In this document: piece after piece, positions 44,474 to 54,433 of the stretch
Layout: each line of letters starts with the position of its first letter
How positions within the stretch are numbered: the first letter of the stretch is position 1
Origin: Asterias amurensis
Lineage: Eukaryota
Reading direction: 5' to 3'
Length of the DNA stretch: 54,732 bases
Assembly (NCBI RefSeq): GCF_032118995.1
Contig: NC_092652.1
Coordinates: 15,816,336-15,871,067, forward strand
Position numbers and translations under genes: made by a program
The notes under the pieces: generated by a model
The model's input: only the letters and a program-made list of their open reading frames with translations
What the model was told of the DNA's origin: nothing
Databases searched by the model: none

Positions 44474-44757
44474 ACATGGTGTATACTCGGTACTTTCCCG
44501 AGTTCTGTGAAAAAATTTCACATGCATATTACTCTAGCGGGATTGGATTCCACGACTCTTGCAATTCTAGAGCAGTGTCTTACCAACTAGACTACTTTGC
44601 CTAGTTACTAGAGGCAGTTGGAATCCTATATTTTGGCTGCGGGTACCGGGCAATCTCAGTAGTCTAGTTGGTAAGACACTGCTCTAGAATTGCAAGATTT
44701 GTGGGTTCGAATCCCACCCGAGAAAGTACTGAGAGTATACAGTGCTATGGGTAAAAA
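44474..44757. mobile_element. inverted dimer of SINE family 4 forming a ~120-bp-arm hairpin
   Basis: Arm 44474-44600 is the reverse complement of arm 44660-44757 (..gcaattctagagcagtgtcttaccaactagact..). A-rich tail at 44750-44771. Confidence 0.65.
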
Positions 44758-44820
44758 AAAAAAAAAAAAATGTTTTTATCCCCAATGAAAATTTAACTTT
44801 TTTTATTACTTTGCTTGCAG

Positions 44821-45071
44821 ATCCAGCACTGCCCACTCAAGAACCCTCTTTTGGCGGCCTGTGCCCAGCCAACGGATTCCTCCAATATGGCACTGATTGC
44901 TTCAAACTAATGACTACTCCGATGTCATTCATTGATGCTAAGAAGGCCTGCGAAGGACAGACAGCTACCCTGGCCTCTGTCCGGGATGGCTTCTCGGAAG
45001 CGTTCATCGTGGCCAACATGCTGTACAAGAATAATTTAGACAGCGCTTGGATTGGCTTGACAATAAATGAT
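44821..45071 (+). CDS. exon; linker plus CTLD-M N-terminal part (DPALPTQEPSFGGLCPANGFLQYGTDCFKLMTTPMSFIDAKKACEGQTATLASVRDGFSEAFIVANMLYKNNLDSAWIGLTIND)
   Basis: Acceptor ttactttgcttgcag, donor gtatgt at 45072. ORF 44742..45194 reads through into a MITE. Confidence 0.85.
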
Positions 45072-45136
45072 GTATGTTGTTTATATTTCTCACATTTATT
45101 TCTGCTTTTGTTTTGCTTAACGGGAAGTTACACGTT

Positions 45137-45490
45137 TGGGATTGTCAAAGACCAGTCTTCTCACTTGGTGTATCTCAACATAAGCATACAATAACAAGCC
45201 TGTGAAAATTTGGGCTCAATTGGTCATCGAAGTTGCAAGAAAATGAAGAAAGAAAAAACACCCTTGTTGGACGAAATTGTGTGCTTTTAGATAGGAATAA
45301 AAGACTTCTAGCTAGAAGTCTGTTATTATTTTAGTGAGAAATTGCCTCTTTCTAAAAACTACGTTACTTCAGAGGGAGTCGTTTCCCATAATGTTTTATA
45401 CTATCAACAGCTCTCCAATGCTTGTTACAAGTAAGTTTTTTAAGTTAATATTTGTTTTGAGTAATTACCAAACGTGTACCTTCCCTTTAA
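45137..45490 (+). mobile_element. MITE family B copy, 5-prime TIR truncated
   Basis: Starts 66 bp after the donor at 45072. ORF 44742..45194 reads into it. Confidence 0.7.
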
Positions 45491-45644
45491 TTTGTTTTTA
45501 TATTGTTCTTTTGTATTTGGTGCTGTTGCCCTAATTTACTATAGTCTTCACCAGGATACAGCACCATGCGCTTAGAAACATAATCGTAAGCGTGGCATAA
45601 ATTTATATTATTACTATTGTTGTTATGAAGTAGGATGCTCTTGA

Positions 45645-45815
45645 AAGCATGGTCCAAATTTCCTGCGAATGCGATACGAATTTTGACATCAAAAAATTTG
45701 CAAACAAATAATTCTCATCAGTTGACATGTGCTGAACTCCTGTGAAACCTTTCGCTGCGAAAACAGCCCAGTGACGCCAAAATTTGCATTGCAAGAAGTA
45801 TGAACGGCGCTTAAT
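45645..45815. mobile_element. MITE family F copy, degenerate
   Basis: tcctgcgaatgcgatacgaattttgacatc ... ttgcattgcaagaagtatgaacggcgctt. Confidence 0.55.
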
Positions 45816-46275
45816 ACTATAATAGAACAAGACCGTGTGCCCCCTCCCGCCACACTCCAAAAACCAGCAGGTCTGATACTTTGAATCAAATTTGATCTTC
45901 TGAATTTGTCGAAATCCATCTCCCTAAAACTGCAATGGGACACTATACCTGTATTGTACATGTACTGAGGGTTTCTTTTGGGGGGAGGGGTTAGTTGTTT
46001 GGGGGAGGGTGTGGTAGTTCTTTTATTCTATCTATTTTTAATGAGTTATTTCAACAGTAGTTTAGCTGTTTGGGCACTCCACCCTGAACAAATCGTTTTG
46101 GGGTTTGTTTGTTTGTTTGTTTTGGTTTTTTTTTTGTATTTCTTTTTTCTTCTTTACTGTTATATGTTTGTTTCTCCATTATCAAATGATACAAAAAAAA
46201 CAATTTTATGTGAGTTCTTTTTTCCAAATTTTATGTGAATTCTTATTTCTTTTTGCACACTACCGTTACATACAA

Positions 46276-46675
46276 CATTGTACATGTACAAGTGTGCCGT
46301 TATAAGTTATACAAGTTATTTTGTTTGTCTTTTATACTATAGGCCTATTATGTGTGTTTCTCCATACCAAATGATATGAAAAGCAAGCTAAACATGAGAA
46401 TTTTGTTTTGCAGAATAACGGTACATTCAAGTGGATTGATTGTTGGCCATTGATGTTTACTAGTTGGGCTGATTACGAACATTGTACAAGTGTACTGTTA
46501 TAAGTTATACAAGTTATTTTGTTTGTCTTTTATACTATAGGCCTATTATGTGTGTTTCTCCATACCAAATGATATGAAAAGCAAGCTAAACATGAGAATT
46601 TTGTTTTGCAGAATACCGGTACATTTAAGTGGATTGATCGTTGGCCATTGATGTTTACAAGCTGGGCTGATTTCG
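46276..46675 (+). repeat. ~205-bp tandem duplication spanning the intron 3-prime end, the acceptor and the first 67 nt of exon 46612
   Basis: 46276-46480 and 46481-46675 are near-identical. The junction is at ttacgaac|attgtacaag. Confidence 0.85.
46414..46480 (+). pseudogene. duplicated decoy acceptor plus truncated pseudo-exon (NNGTFKWIDCWPLMFTSWADYEH...), copy of the start of exon 46612-46783
   Basis: 205-bp tandem duplication of 46276-46480 and 46481-46675. First copy has no donor and runs into a stop (..VLL*). Confidence 0.6.
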
Positions 46676-46783
46676 AACCAAGTGAAGAAGACGGAGAGGG
46701 TTGCGTAGTACAGACCAACAGTGCTGACTGGGATTCTATCAAATGTACATTGAAACGTGCATTTGTCTGTCATACAACAGAAA
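46612..46783 (+). CDS. exon; CTLD-M C-terminal part with EPS...WDS (NTGTFKWIDRWPLMFTSWADFEPSEEDGEGCVVQTNSADWDSIKCTLKRAFVCHTTE)
   Basis: Acceptor ttttgttttgcag (second copy of a duplicated acceptor), donor gtaagt at 46784. ORF 46606..46851. Confidence 0.8.
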
Positions 46784-47339
46784 GTAAGTTTATTATTACT
46801 AGTGGTTTATTAAATATACTGCAATACTTAAGCATGCAGCTTTTCAGCTGATTTCCTCTATTTCTTTTTAAAACAGTGCCATAGAAAACTGAAAAACACT
46901 ACAAAAGATAAGTGTGGTTGGTTGTTTTCTCTCCTTTTTTTTTGCAATAAGAAAGTGAAATGTCTGAATACAGCGACTAAAAGCCAAAATGTGCACTTTA
47001 CAAAAGCCATACATATTATTAAAAACATTAGCAGTAAATTACAGATACACACGGAAATGAAAAATAGTTATTTAGAGATATATAAAACACTTTTTTATGA
47101 TAGTACAAAACTCAACAATTTGGACTAAATAAGAATCCAGTCATTAAGAGCAACTATAAATATAAATATTAATAGTAAACTTGCGGGTACAACCAATTTA
47201 TATTTATAGTTGCTCTTATTCTCCACACCATGCAAAGCTTCAAACATCATTTAATTCAGTCATTGCTCATAATCTTGGAATGTCAACAAGATGAATATGT
47301 GCCATCAACAAAAACATGTTGTCAAGACAAACATTAGAA

Positions 47340-47400
47340 TTACATGGTGGCAGTGGCATCTGTCGCCCCTGGCCGTGGTCGCCCCTGGCCTTGGTCGCCC
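47340..47400. repeat. 18-bp tandem repeat x3 (gtcgcccctggcc[gt]tg)
   Basis: ctgtcgcccctggccgtggtcgcccctggccttggtcgcccctggccttggtc. Confidence 0.8.
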
Positions 47401-47528
47401 CTGGCCTTGGTCTTGTTTGCCCCTTCAAAAGTTTTCTTAGACTTTAAGATTCTGCAATAAAAAAGTGCCCTTGGCAAAATGAAAATAGCCTTGCCCTCTC
47501 AACGATGAAGTTCCAGGCCTAAAACTTC

Positions 47529-47702
47529 CACTGGACACCTTTGGTAATTGTCAAAGACCAGTATTCTTACTGTTTCTCAACATAAGCAAAAAAAAAAAAA
47601 AAATCTGTGAAATGTTTTACTCAATTGGTCGTCGATATTGCAAGAGAATATTGAAATAAAAAAACACCGTTGTTGCACAAATTGTTGTGCTTTCAGATGC
47701 CT
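47529..47702 (+). mobile_element. MITE family B copy, 3-prime truncated
   Basis: 5-prime TIR cactggacacctttggtaattgtcaaagacc plus internal region. Confidence 0.65.
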
Positions 47703-47884
47703 AAAAAGGGGCTTCATAAGGCCTGGAGTATTTTACTATTTCGCAAGTAGAAATTAGGTTTCACGTTTTACAAAATATTCCACTTGCCAGCAATTTATTA
47801 ACATTCAACCCTAACGGCAGACTAAAAATGTACAGAGCATTTGTTTCTTGCCCATGCTATGATAATTTGTTTGTTTATTATGGG

Positions 47885-48210
47885 GTGTCGTGGCTGAGCG
47901 GATAAGAGCACCGAATTCAAGCTCTGCTGATTCTGTTCAGCAGTGTGTGGGTTCGAATCCCGGTCGTGACACTTTTGTCCCTGAGCAAGACACTTCACTA
48001 TAATTGCTTTTCTCCACCTAGGGGTAAACAGGTACCTGTGAGGGCAGAGTTGGTTCTTGTGATTGATTAGCCTTGGTTGCGCTACATATTTAGCGGCACA
48101 GGCTGTATACTCCCCAGGGAGCTGAGATGATTTAAGGAATGATTTAAGGCCCAGTGACCAGGGGTAACAATGTTGAAGTGCTATATAAGAAGCCACTATT
48201 ATTATTATTG
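47885..48210 (+). mobile_element. SINE family 1 full copy
   Basis: Head gtcgtggctgagcggataagagcaccg...gtgtgggttcgaatcccggtcgtgacac. The minus-strand 178-aa ORF 47822..48358 lies entirely over this element. Confidence 0.75.
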
Positions 48211-48288
48211 AAGAGTTTTCATTGTTTTGTTTTTTCATTTTAGTCAGTTTCATAAACAATAACTTACCTCTTGTTTTCTCGTGGACAG

Positions 48289-48549
48289 TGGTTCCCCCAA
48301 CACCGCCCTCGTTTATTCCTGGCAACTGTCCCCCAAAATGGATAGGGTTCGGTGACAACTGCTACATGTTTGAAGCAGAGTTGCAGTACGTGTCATGGTG
48401 GGAGGCGTCTTATTTCTGCGAGAAAACCTTTGACAATTCGCACATCTTGAACATCCACAGTAGAGGGGAGAATGCATTTGTCAAGAGGGTAGCTGCAGAG
48501 AAGTATGGGTACTATGGAGTGTGGCTGGGCTTGACACGTAACACAACTG
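48289..48549 (+). CDS. exon; linker plus CTLD-N N-terminal part (VPPTPPSFIPGNCPPKWIGFGDNCYMFEAELQYVSWWEASYFCEKTFDNSHILNIHSRGENAFVKRVAAEKYGYYGVWLGLTRNTT)
   Basis: Acceptor ttttctcgtggacag, donor gtaagt at 48550. ORF 48222..48557. Confidence 0.85.
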
Positions 48550-48949
48550 GTAAGTAAGCGTGATCTTTCATATTTGGTTGAAGATTAAGCTTAAGTATGC
48601 CTTTATATTTTTTAATCATCCAATGGGGGACTTTGCGGACGCGTGGTGGCAGCAGACTTACAGGTAAAATACAATTTACCTGGTAAGTCTGCTGCCACCT
48701 AAACATTCCGAAGTCTCCCATTGGTTTAATCTTATGTAGTTGTAGATATATTTGTGTGAGATACAGTGTTTAATCCAGATAAAAACCTTTGGCAGTTGAA
48801 GAAAAGTTTATTTATGATGATAGAGCTTGGGAGTATGCAGTGCTAACACACATCAGTGTATGTGGGTTAAAATCAAAATTATTATTCTTTATCCCCGATG
48901 CAAATTTCCATCTATTAAATCACTGGCCTTGTTTCATTTCCCTCTGTAG

Positions 48950-49135
48950 CTGTAGACAAGCAGGAGTTTCTCTGGAACGACGGTCAGCCGCTGGATTACA
49001 CAAACTGGAAAGTAGGAGAACCAGACAACGAGCTAGATTCCGAGGACTGTGTACGCATAATGACATCGGAGTACGGCAAATGGGAAGACACTGGATGCGC
49101 CTCTTACTCACAGTTAGTCTGCAAGAGACCCAAAG
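48950..49135 (+). CDS. exon; CTLD-N C-terminal part with EPD...WED (AVDKQEFLWNDGQPLDYTNWKVGEPDNELDSEDCVRIMTSEYGKWEDTGCASYSQLVCKRPK)
   Basis: Acceptor tttccctctgtag, donor gtacgt at 49136. Confidence 0.85.
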
Positions 49136-50226
49136 GTACGTACACAATGCCTTCCGGTATAGTCTGTGTATAGGAACCTCATCAAAATGGTAAATAATAA
49201 TAATAATAATACCGACGATGACTAGAGCAAGCTAGTCGAAACATTGAGACCCAATTAAAAACTCACTTCACGGTAGTGAAGTTAAATCCACTAAAAGCTA
49301 GTCTCAGCCTATTTCCTACCTTCCCCGGCCCAGGTAGTAGTTAAAAAGCAGATCTTTTCAGAACTGAGAAGTCTTCCGATATCTGAAAAAATCTGCTCTG
49401 TGGTAGTAAAAATTAAAGCAAAAACAATTCTCAAAAGAACATAATCTACCAAGCAAGGAGATACACACATGATGTCGACACCAAACCAGCTCTTTTTTCA
49501 GAGCCAACACTCACCTTAAAAGATTTGCACATGGTTGTACCCGCAAGTTTACTATTTATTTATAGTTTCTTCTTATAATCTAATGTTTATTGAAACCTCA
49601 CCATGTAATGCGTCAATTTCCATACTCCATAAAATGGTAATTAATAACAATAAAACTAGGTTCTTATATGTTAAGGAGAATATACGAGAAAGTGTAGTTT
49701 TGTGAATAGAATGTACGAGCCGAAGGCCAGTACATTGTAATCCCGAATCTACACTTTAGTGTCTATTCTCTGACTTACACTATTTCCCCCATTGGTTATG
49801 TAACAGTTTCAAGGGAATGATTTTTCTAAACTGGATTATGTTTGTAAATTGAAAGATAACATATTGTCAGCTATGTTTTTTTGCACTTCATGCCATCTTT
49901 CAGTTTGGGACAGTAATTTTCAAGTTGAACTATTTACTTAAGTTTGTAATGAACCTACACTCAACTGTTGATTATTTTTACGAATCTACACTTAAGTGTA
50001 GACTACAGTTAAGTTTAAGTTCATGTATCAGACCCCTGAAGGGGCGTATTAAAGCGCTCGGTATTTTTTCCTGCAAGGTATTTCTAGCTACATTTGAACT
50101 ATGATGCCTATAATTCCTTTACCAATTCCTTATTTCATTAACTTTGTGAGTATTTACAGTCCCTACCTTTTCCATGCTATTTTTTATATTGTATTCTAAA
50201 TGGATGTTTCTGCTTTTTCCCAACAG

Positions 50227-50238
50227 ACAAAAGCTCAG
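50227..50238 (+). CDS. candidate 12-nt micro-exon (DKSS), symmetric phase 1-1, possibly an optional cassette
   Basis: Strong acceptor ctgctttttcccaacag and consensus donor cag|gtgagt at 50239. Frame is preserved with or without it. Confidence 0.4.
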
Positions 50239-50378
50239 GTGAGTTAAAATCTCTTTGATCCTTTAATGTTTTCTTTAAGATCATTAACAAACAAGGCCAC
50301 ATACATTAACAGTGTTTTTGTTAATAAGGGATTCAAACTGTATACAGGCACATATTCTTGTGGTAGAACAAACACTCC

Positions 50379-50722
50379 TTAAAGGAACACGTTGCCATGG
50401 ATCGGACGAGTTGGTCTATAAAAAGCGTTTGTAAACGTTTTTTATAAAATGCATATGGTTGGAAAGATGTTTTAAAAGTAGAATCAATGATCCACACAAG
50501 TTTGCCTCAAAAGTGCGTGGTTTTCCTTTTACTGCGCGAACTAACACGGTCGGTGTTAGTCGACGAGGTAAAAGGAAAACCGTGCAATTTCGAGGCATGT
50601 TTGTGTGGGTTATTGTATTAAACTATTACAACATCTTCCTTCCCATATGCATTTTATAAAAAATAGTTACAAACGCTTTTCAAAGACCAACTCGACCGAT
50701 CCAAGGCAACATGTTCCTTTAA
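50379..50722. mobile_element. MITE family A copy with TTAA flanks
   Basis: TIRs aggaacacgttgccatggatcg and ggatcggtcgagttggtc..atgttcct. Confidence 0.75.
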
Positions 50723-50765
50723 CATTTCATACCACCGGTGACCTCACATGAAATACATAATGGGC

Positions 50766-50940
50766 CTGCAGCCGATTTCACAAAACGCTAGGATCAATCC
50801 TATCTCTAGTTAGGACAAGTAACTCAACCTAACTTAGGATGGGTTCAAGGTGTCCTAACATCTATGGATACAGAACTTAACTCGTCCTAACTCCTAAGAT
50901 AAATCCTAAGTTAGGAAGAGTTTTGAAATCAATGGCAGGC
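50766..50940. mobile_element. MITE family D copy
   Basis: ctgcagccgatttcacaaaacgctagg ... ttttgaaatcaatggcaggc. Confidence 0.7.
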
Positions 50941-51005
50941 TTGTTTTTACTTTAACCCAAACTCACATTTTGGACAACACAGAGTTTAATGTTTATTAGA
51001 GCTGC

Positions 51006-51352
51006 TTAAAGGGACCATTGCCTTGGATTGTTGGTTTATGAAAAGCATTTGTAAACCGTTTGTTTTAAAAGTAGAATATAGTCCACACAAATATGCCTAA
51101 AAATTGCGTGGTTTTCCTTTTACTTTGAGAACTAATATGGCGAGTCAGACATTTTGTGAAGTCAAATAGACTACACAAATTAAAGTGCTGTGTAATTGTT
51201 CACAACGTATAAGAAAAACAGGAAATTTCGAGGCATGTTTGTGTGGATCATTATATTCTACTATTAAAACATCTTTCTAATCATATACATTTCATAACAG
51301 TTACGCACCCTTTTCATGAACCAACTCGCCTGATCCAAGGCAACTTGTCCCT
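51006..51352. mobile_element. MITE family A copy with degenerate 3-prime TIR
   Basis: gcTTAAagggaccattgccttggattg plus internal similarity. Confidence 0.65.
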
Positions 51353-51729
51353 CCAAGCTCAACAGTTGGCAAAGCACAATACAGTAAAGATTATACAAGC
51401 TTAAAAACCATGTCACACTAGCGGGATGCCGTGCTTCGCTAGAAATCTTTATGCTTAAAATGCCGCGTAGCGTTGTGTAGTGGGGTGGGGGGGGGGTAAG
51501 AAAACAATGGCGGCCCCATGCGATTTGAGCGTCATTATAGTACCATCTGTGATTAGTATCCTGATCTTTTCTACAGAGCAGCGAAAACTGCTAAGCAAAA
51601 GTTTCTTCTTAAGCAGCAGAGAATTTGAAATTGAGCTTAGCAGAGTTTTGATTCCCGTGCACTAAAACCATTTGCCACCTATACCCCCAATGTCAAACTG
51701 AATATATCTGTTGTTTTTTCATTCCGAAG

Positions 51730-51885
51730 TTGGCGGTTGTGAGAAAGATTGGTACCGGATGAACAACTTATGTTATGGAGCATTTGGCAGCAACGAGCCC
51801 GAATCATTAACGTGGACTGAAGCTTATAAGTCTTGCGAGAATAAGGGTGGCAACTTAGCTACTGTCTATGGTCAGAATGTCCTAT
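51730..51885 (+). CDS. exon; CTLD-O N-terminal part (VGGCEKDWYRMNNLCYGAFGSNEPESLTWTEAYKSCENKGGNLATVYGQNVL)
   Basis: Acceptor ttttttcattccgaag, donor gtaagt at 51886. ORF 51711..51932. Confidence 0.85.
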
Positions 51886-51957
51886 GTAAGTCACTTATGT
51901 CTGCAGTTTTCTTGTATTTTTGCTTTTGTTGACATATTAAATTAGCTCTAGCCATAT

Positions 51958-52143
51958 GCTCGGTTCATACTTCCTGCGAATGCGATGTGAATTTGACGTG
52001 AATTTGTTGTCACAACTCTCCCCTTGCAACGATATTCGCAAGTGAGTTGAGCAGAGTTGAACTGCTGCGAATTATTTGTTGCTAATTTGTGACATCAACA
52101 TTCGCTTTGCATCCGCATTCGCTGGAAGGGATGAGCCGGGCTT
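51958..52143. mobile_element. MITE family F copy
   Basis: gctcggttcatacttcctgcgaatgcgatg ... cattcgctggaagggatgagccgggctt. Confidence 0.7.
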
Positions 52144-52685
52144 AAGTCTTGAAGTTTAAGTTTTGTTTCCTTCTGCATTATTTCTATGTAAGCAGGCAGT
52201 GCAAGTCTCGCACGTGCACACATTTCTGGGACCAAGTTGGTCCAAACCACATTGAGTTTAACAATATTGGGTTCATAATATGTCCAGTCTAGGCCGATTT
52301 TTTCACTTTTCATCTTATCTCTGTACTTGCTTTCCTCAGAGTGTAATTCTTTTAGTTAGGCTGTTTCTGTTATCTGTGTGATATAGAAAGGTTTGCGGTC
52401 ACACCATGTAATGATAATCTCTAAATGAGTTGGGATGGTTTTGAAAAGGGCCGTTGGTTTCAACTCAACGTTTTGATCAGAATGCTCTGGTTATCTTCTT
52501 TTCTCTTAAGAAGACGATCGGAAGCATACTGGTCAAAACATCGAGTTGAAACCACTGGTTCCTTTCAGAACCACCCCAACTCATTTAGAGATTACCATTT
52601 CATGTTGTATCCACAAACCTTTCTGTATCGTGTTTCCACCATACAAAGTTTCAAATCCTACTTATCTGTGTGATATATTTGTGGA

Positions 52686-53090
52686 AGTGTCGTGACCGAG
52701 CGGTTAAGAGCACCGAAATCAAACTCTGGTGCTTCTGATGAGCAAAGTGTGGGTTCGAATCCCCAGTTATGACACTTGTGTTCTTAAGCAAGACAATGAA
52801 CCATTGCTTCGGATGGGATGTAAAGCCATTGGTGCCATGTGTGGGTGCCATGTGTTGTGTAAAGCATGAAAAAGGACCCAGTGCACTTATCGAAAAGAGA
52901 AGGGGTTAGCCCCGGTGTTCCTGGCTGTGGGTGCTGTATGCGCCGTAGCATGTACATAACGGGTCTCACTATTCGTCACTGCAATAACCTATCTTTCTAA
53001 AAGTTTGTGTATATACCCAGTGCCGTGAGTACCTTGTTTGGTAGATACGTGCACTATATAAGACTTTGATATTATTATATTATTATTTTT
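52686..53090 (+). mobile_element. SINE family 2 full copy
   Basis: Head gtcgtgaccgagcggttaagagcaccg...gtgtgggttcgaatccccagttatgacac. Tail cactatataagactttgatattattat. Confidence 0.7.
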
Positions 53091-53105
53091 TGTCCAACTT
53101 TCCAG

Positions 53106-53242
53106 CTTTGCTAGAAGCCATGATGTTCATGATGAGACGTACCAATGCATGGATTGGATTGAATAAGATTGATGGTTCATATGAATGGGCAGATGGAACT
53201 CCCATGCAGTTTGAACACTGGACTGAAAACTTCCCTGATAAG
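53106..53242 (+). CDS. exon; CTLD-O middle (SLLEAMMFMMRRTNAWIGLNKIDGSYEWADGTPMQFEHWTENFPDK)
   Basis: Acceptor ccaactttccag, donor gtatgt at 53243. ORF 53066..53284. Confidence 0.8.
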
Positions 53243-53749
53243 GTATGTGTGCATGGCAAGTTAATATCAAGCTCAATCAGTTAAGCGCACTGGACACTTT
53301 TGGTAAACCTTGCGTGTGACGCTAAACATACCTTCATCTGCCAGACGGCAGACATTGGGAAACCAATGTTGGCAGGTCTGCGAGGTGGGGTGGTTAAGTG
53401 TCCAAAACGTCACCACGAAATATTTCAGATTTGTTTTTCAACACCTGGTTGCTTCTCTGAGGAATACGTAATCTGAGAAACGTTTACTGACAGTAACGCT
53501 TCTCAGGTTCAACCTGTTTGCCATAAAACAAAACTGTGTTTCTGGTTCACATGCAAGTATCACTGTTTACAGGTTTACTCAGGCTTGTGAGCTACAGTGA
53601 TTCACTTATGCGGCATCCTTCATTGCCAGAAATATATAATAGTAGAATCAGACCAATACTTACCTCCAGATCCCCTGGGTTATTTTCATGTGAATTCTTT
53701 CCTTCTTGTTGCCCCTAACCAAAGGTTGCCTTGTTTGGGACACACTTGC

Positions 53750-54129
53750 TGAAAGGCGCTGGACACCTTTGGTAATTTTCAAAGACCGGTCTTCTCACTT
53801 GGTGTATCTTAACATAAGCATACAATAACAAATCTGTGGATATTTCAGCTCAATTGGCTGTCAAAGTTGTGAGATAAGACAAAACACCCTTGTCACAAAA
53901 AGTTGTGTGCTTTCAGATGCTTAATTTCGACACCTCACAATCTAGTTCTGAGATCCCGAAATCAAGTTCGAGGAAAATTACTTCTTTCTCAAAAAACTAC
54001 ATTTCTTCAGAGGGAGCCGTTTCTCACAATGTATTATACTACATGTATCAACAGCTCTCCATTCCTCTATACCAAGGTTTTGCTATTAATTATTTTGAGC
54101 AATTACCAATAGTGTCCAATGCCTTTTAA
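53750..54129 (+). mobile_element. MITE family B full copy. An orphan TIR fragment of the same family lies at 53283-53310
   Basis: aaaggcgctggacacctttggtaatt ... caattaccaatagtgtccaatgccTTTTAAc. Accounts for ORFs 53890..54129 and 53903..54112. Confidence 0.75.
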
Positions 54130-54321
54130 CAAAATAATAACAAGTACAATTTCAAACTTTGCATGGTGGAAATATGATATGGAAAGGTTTGTGATAACAC
54201 CATGTAATGACCATCTTAACCACCCCAACTCATTTAGAAAATAATAACAATCGAATGAATTGTTTTGCCTCACAAAAGTCATTTCACTCTTGTTTACTTA
54301 TCATTTTTTTTTTTACCAAAG

Positions 54322-54433
54322 GACCCTGACAATATGTGTGTGATGATTGTTAACAACCAAGTCAAGCCAGGATTCTGGAAGAACCTACCGTGTGAAGGGC
54401 CGAGAGAGGGATACTTCTGCCAAAAGCCAACCG
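54322..54433 (+). CDS. exon; CTLD-O C-terminus (DPDNMCVMIVNNQVKPGFWKNLPCEGPREGYFCQKPT). The gene continues beyond the window
   Basis: Acceptor ttttttttttaccaaag, donor gtaagt at 54434. Ends in phase 1, so more exons are expected downstream. Confidence 0.8.

Noticed and set aside
44742-45194. 150-aa plus ORF extending beyond 45071
   Set aside because: A consensus donor (gat|gtatgt) lies at 45072. The downstream part of the ORF is read-through into a MITE-B copy (45137-45490).
46414-46480. First copy of the duplicated CTLD-M exon start as a genuine coding exon
   Set aside because: It has no usable in-phase donor, and translation runs into a stop immediately after the duplication boundary. The second copy (46612-46783) is in phase and completes the CTLD.
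47822-48358. Longest ORF in the track (178 aa, minus strand)
   Set aside because: It lies over a tRNA-derived SINE-1 copy (47885-48210) and intron. Low-complexity translation, no splice or start context. Read-through of repeat DNA.
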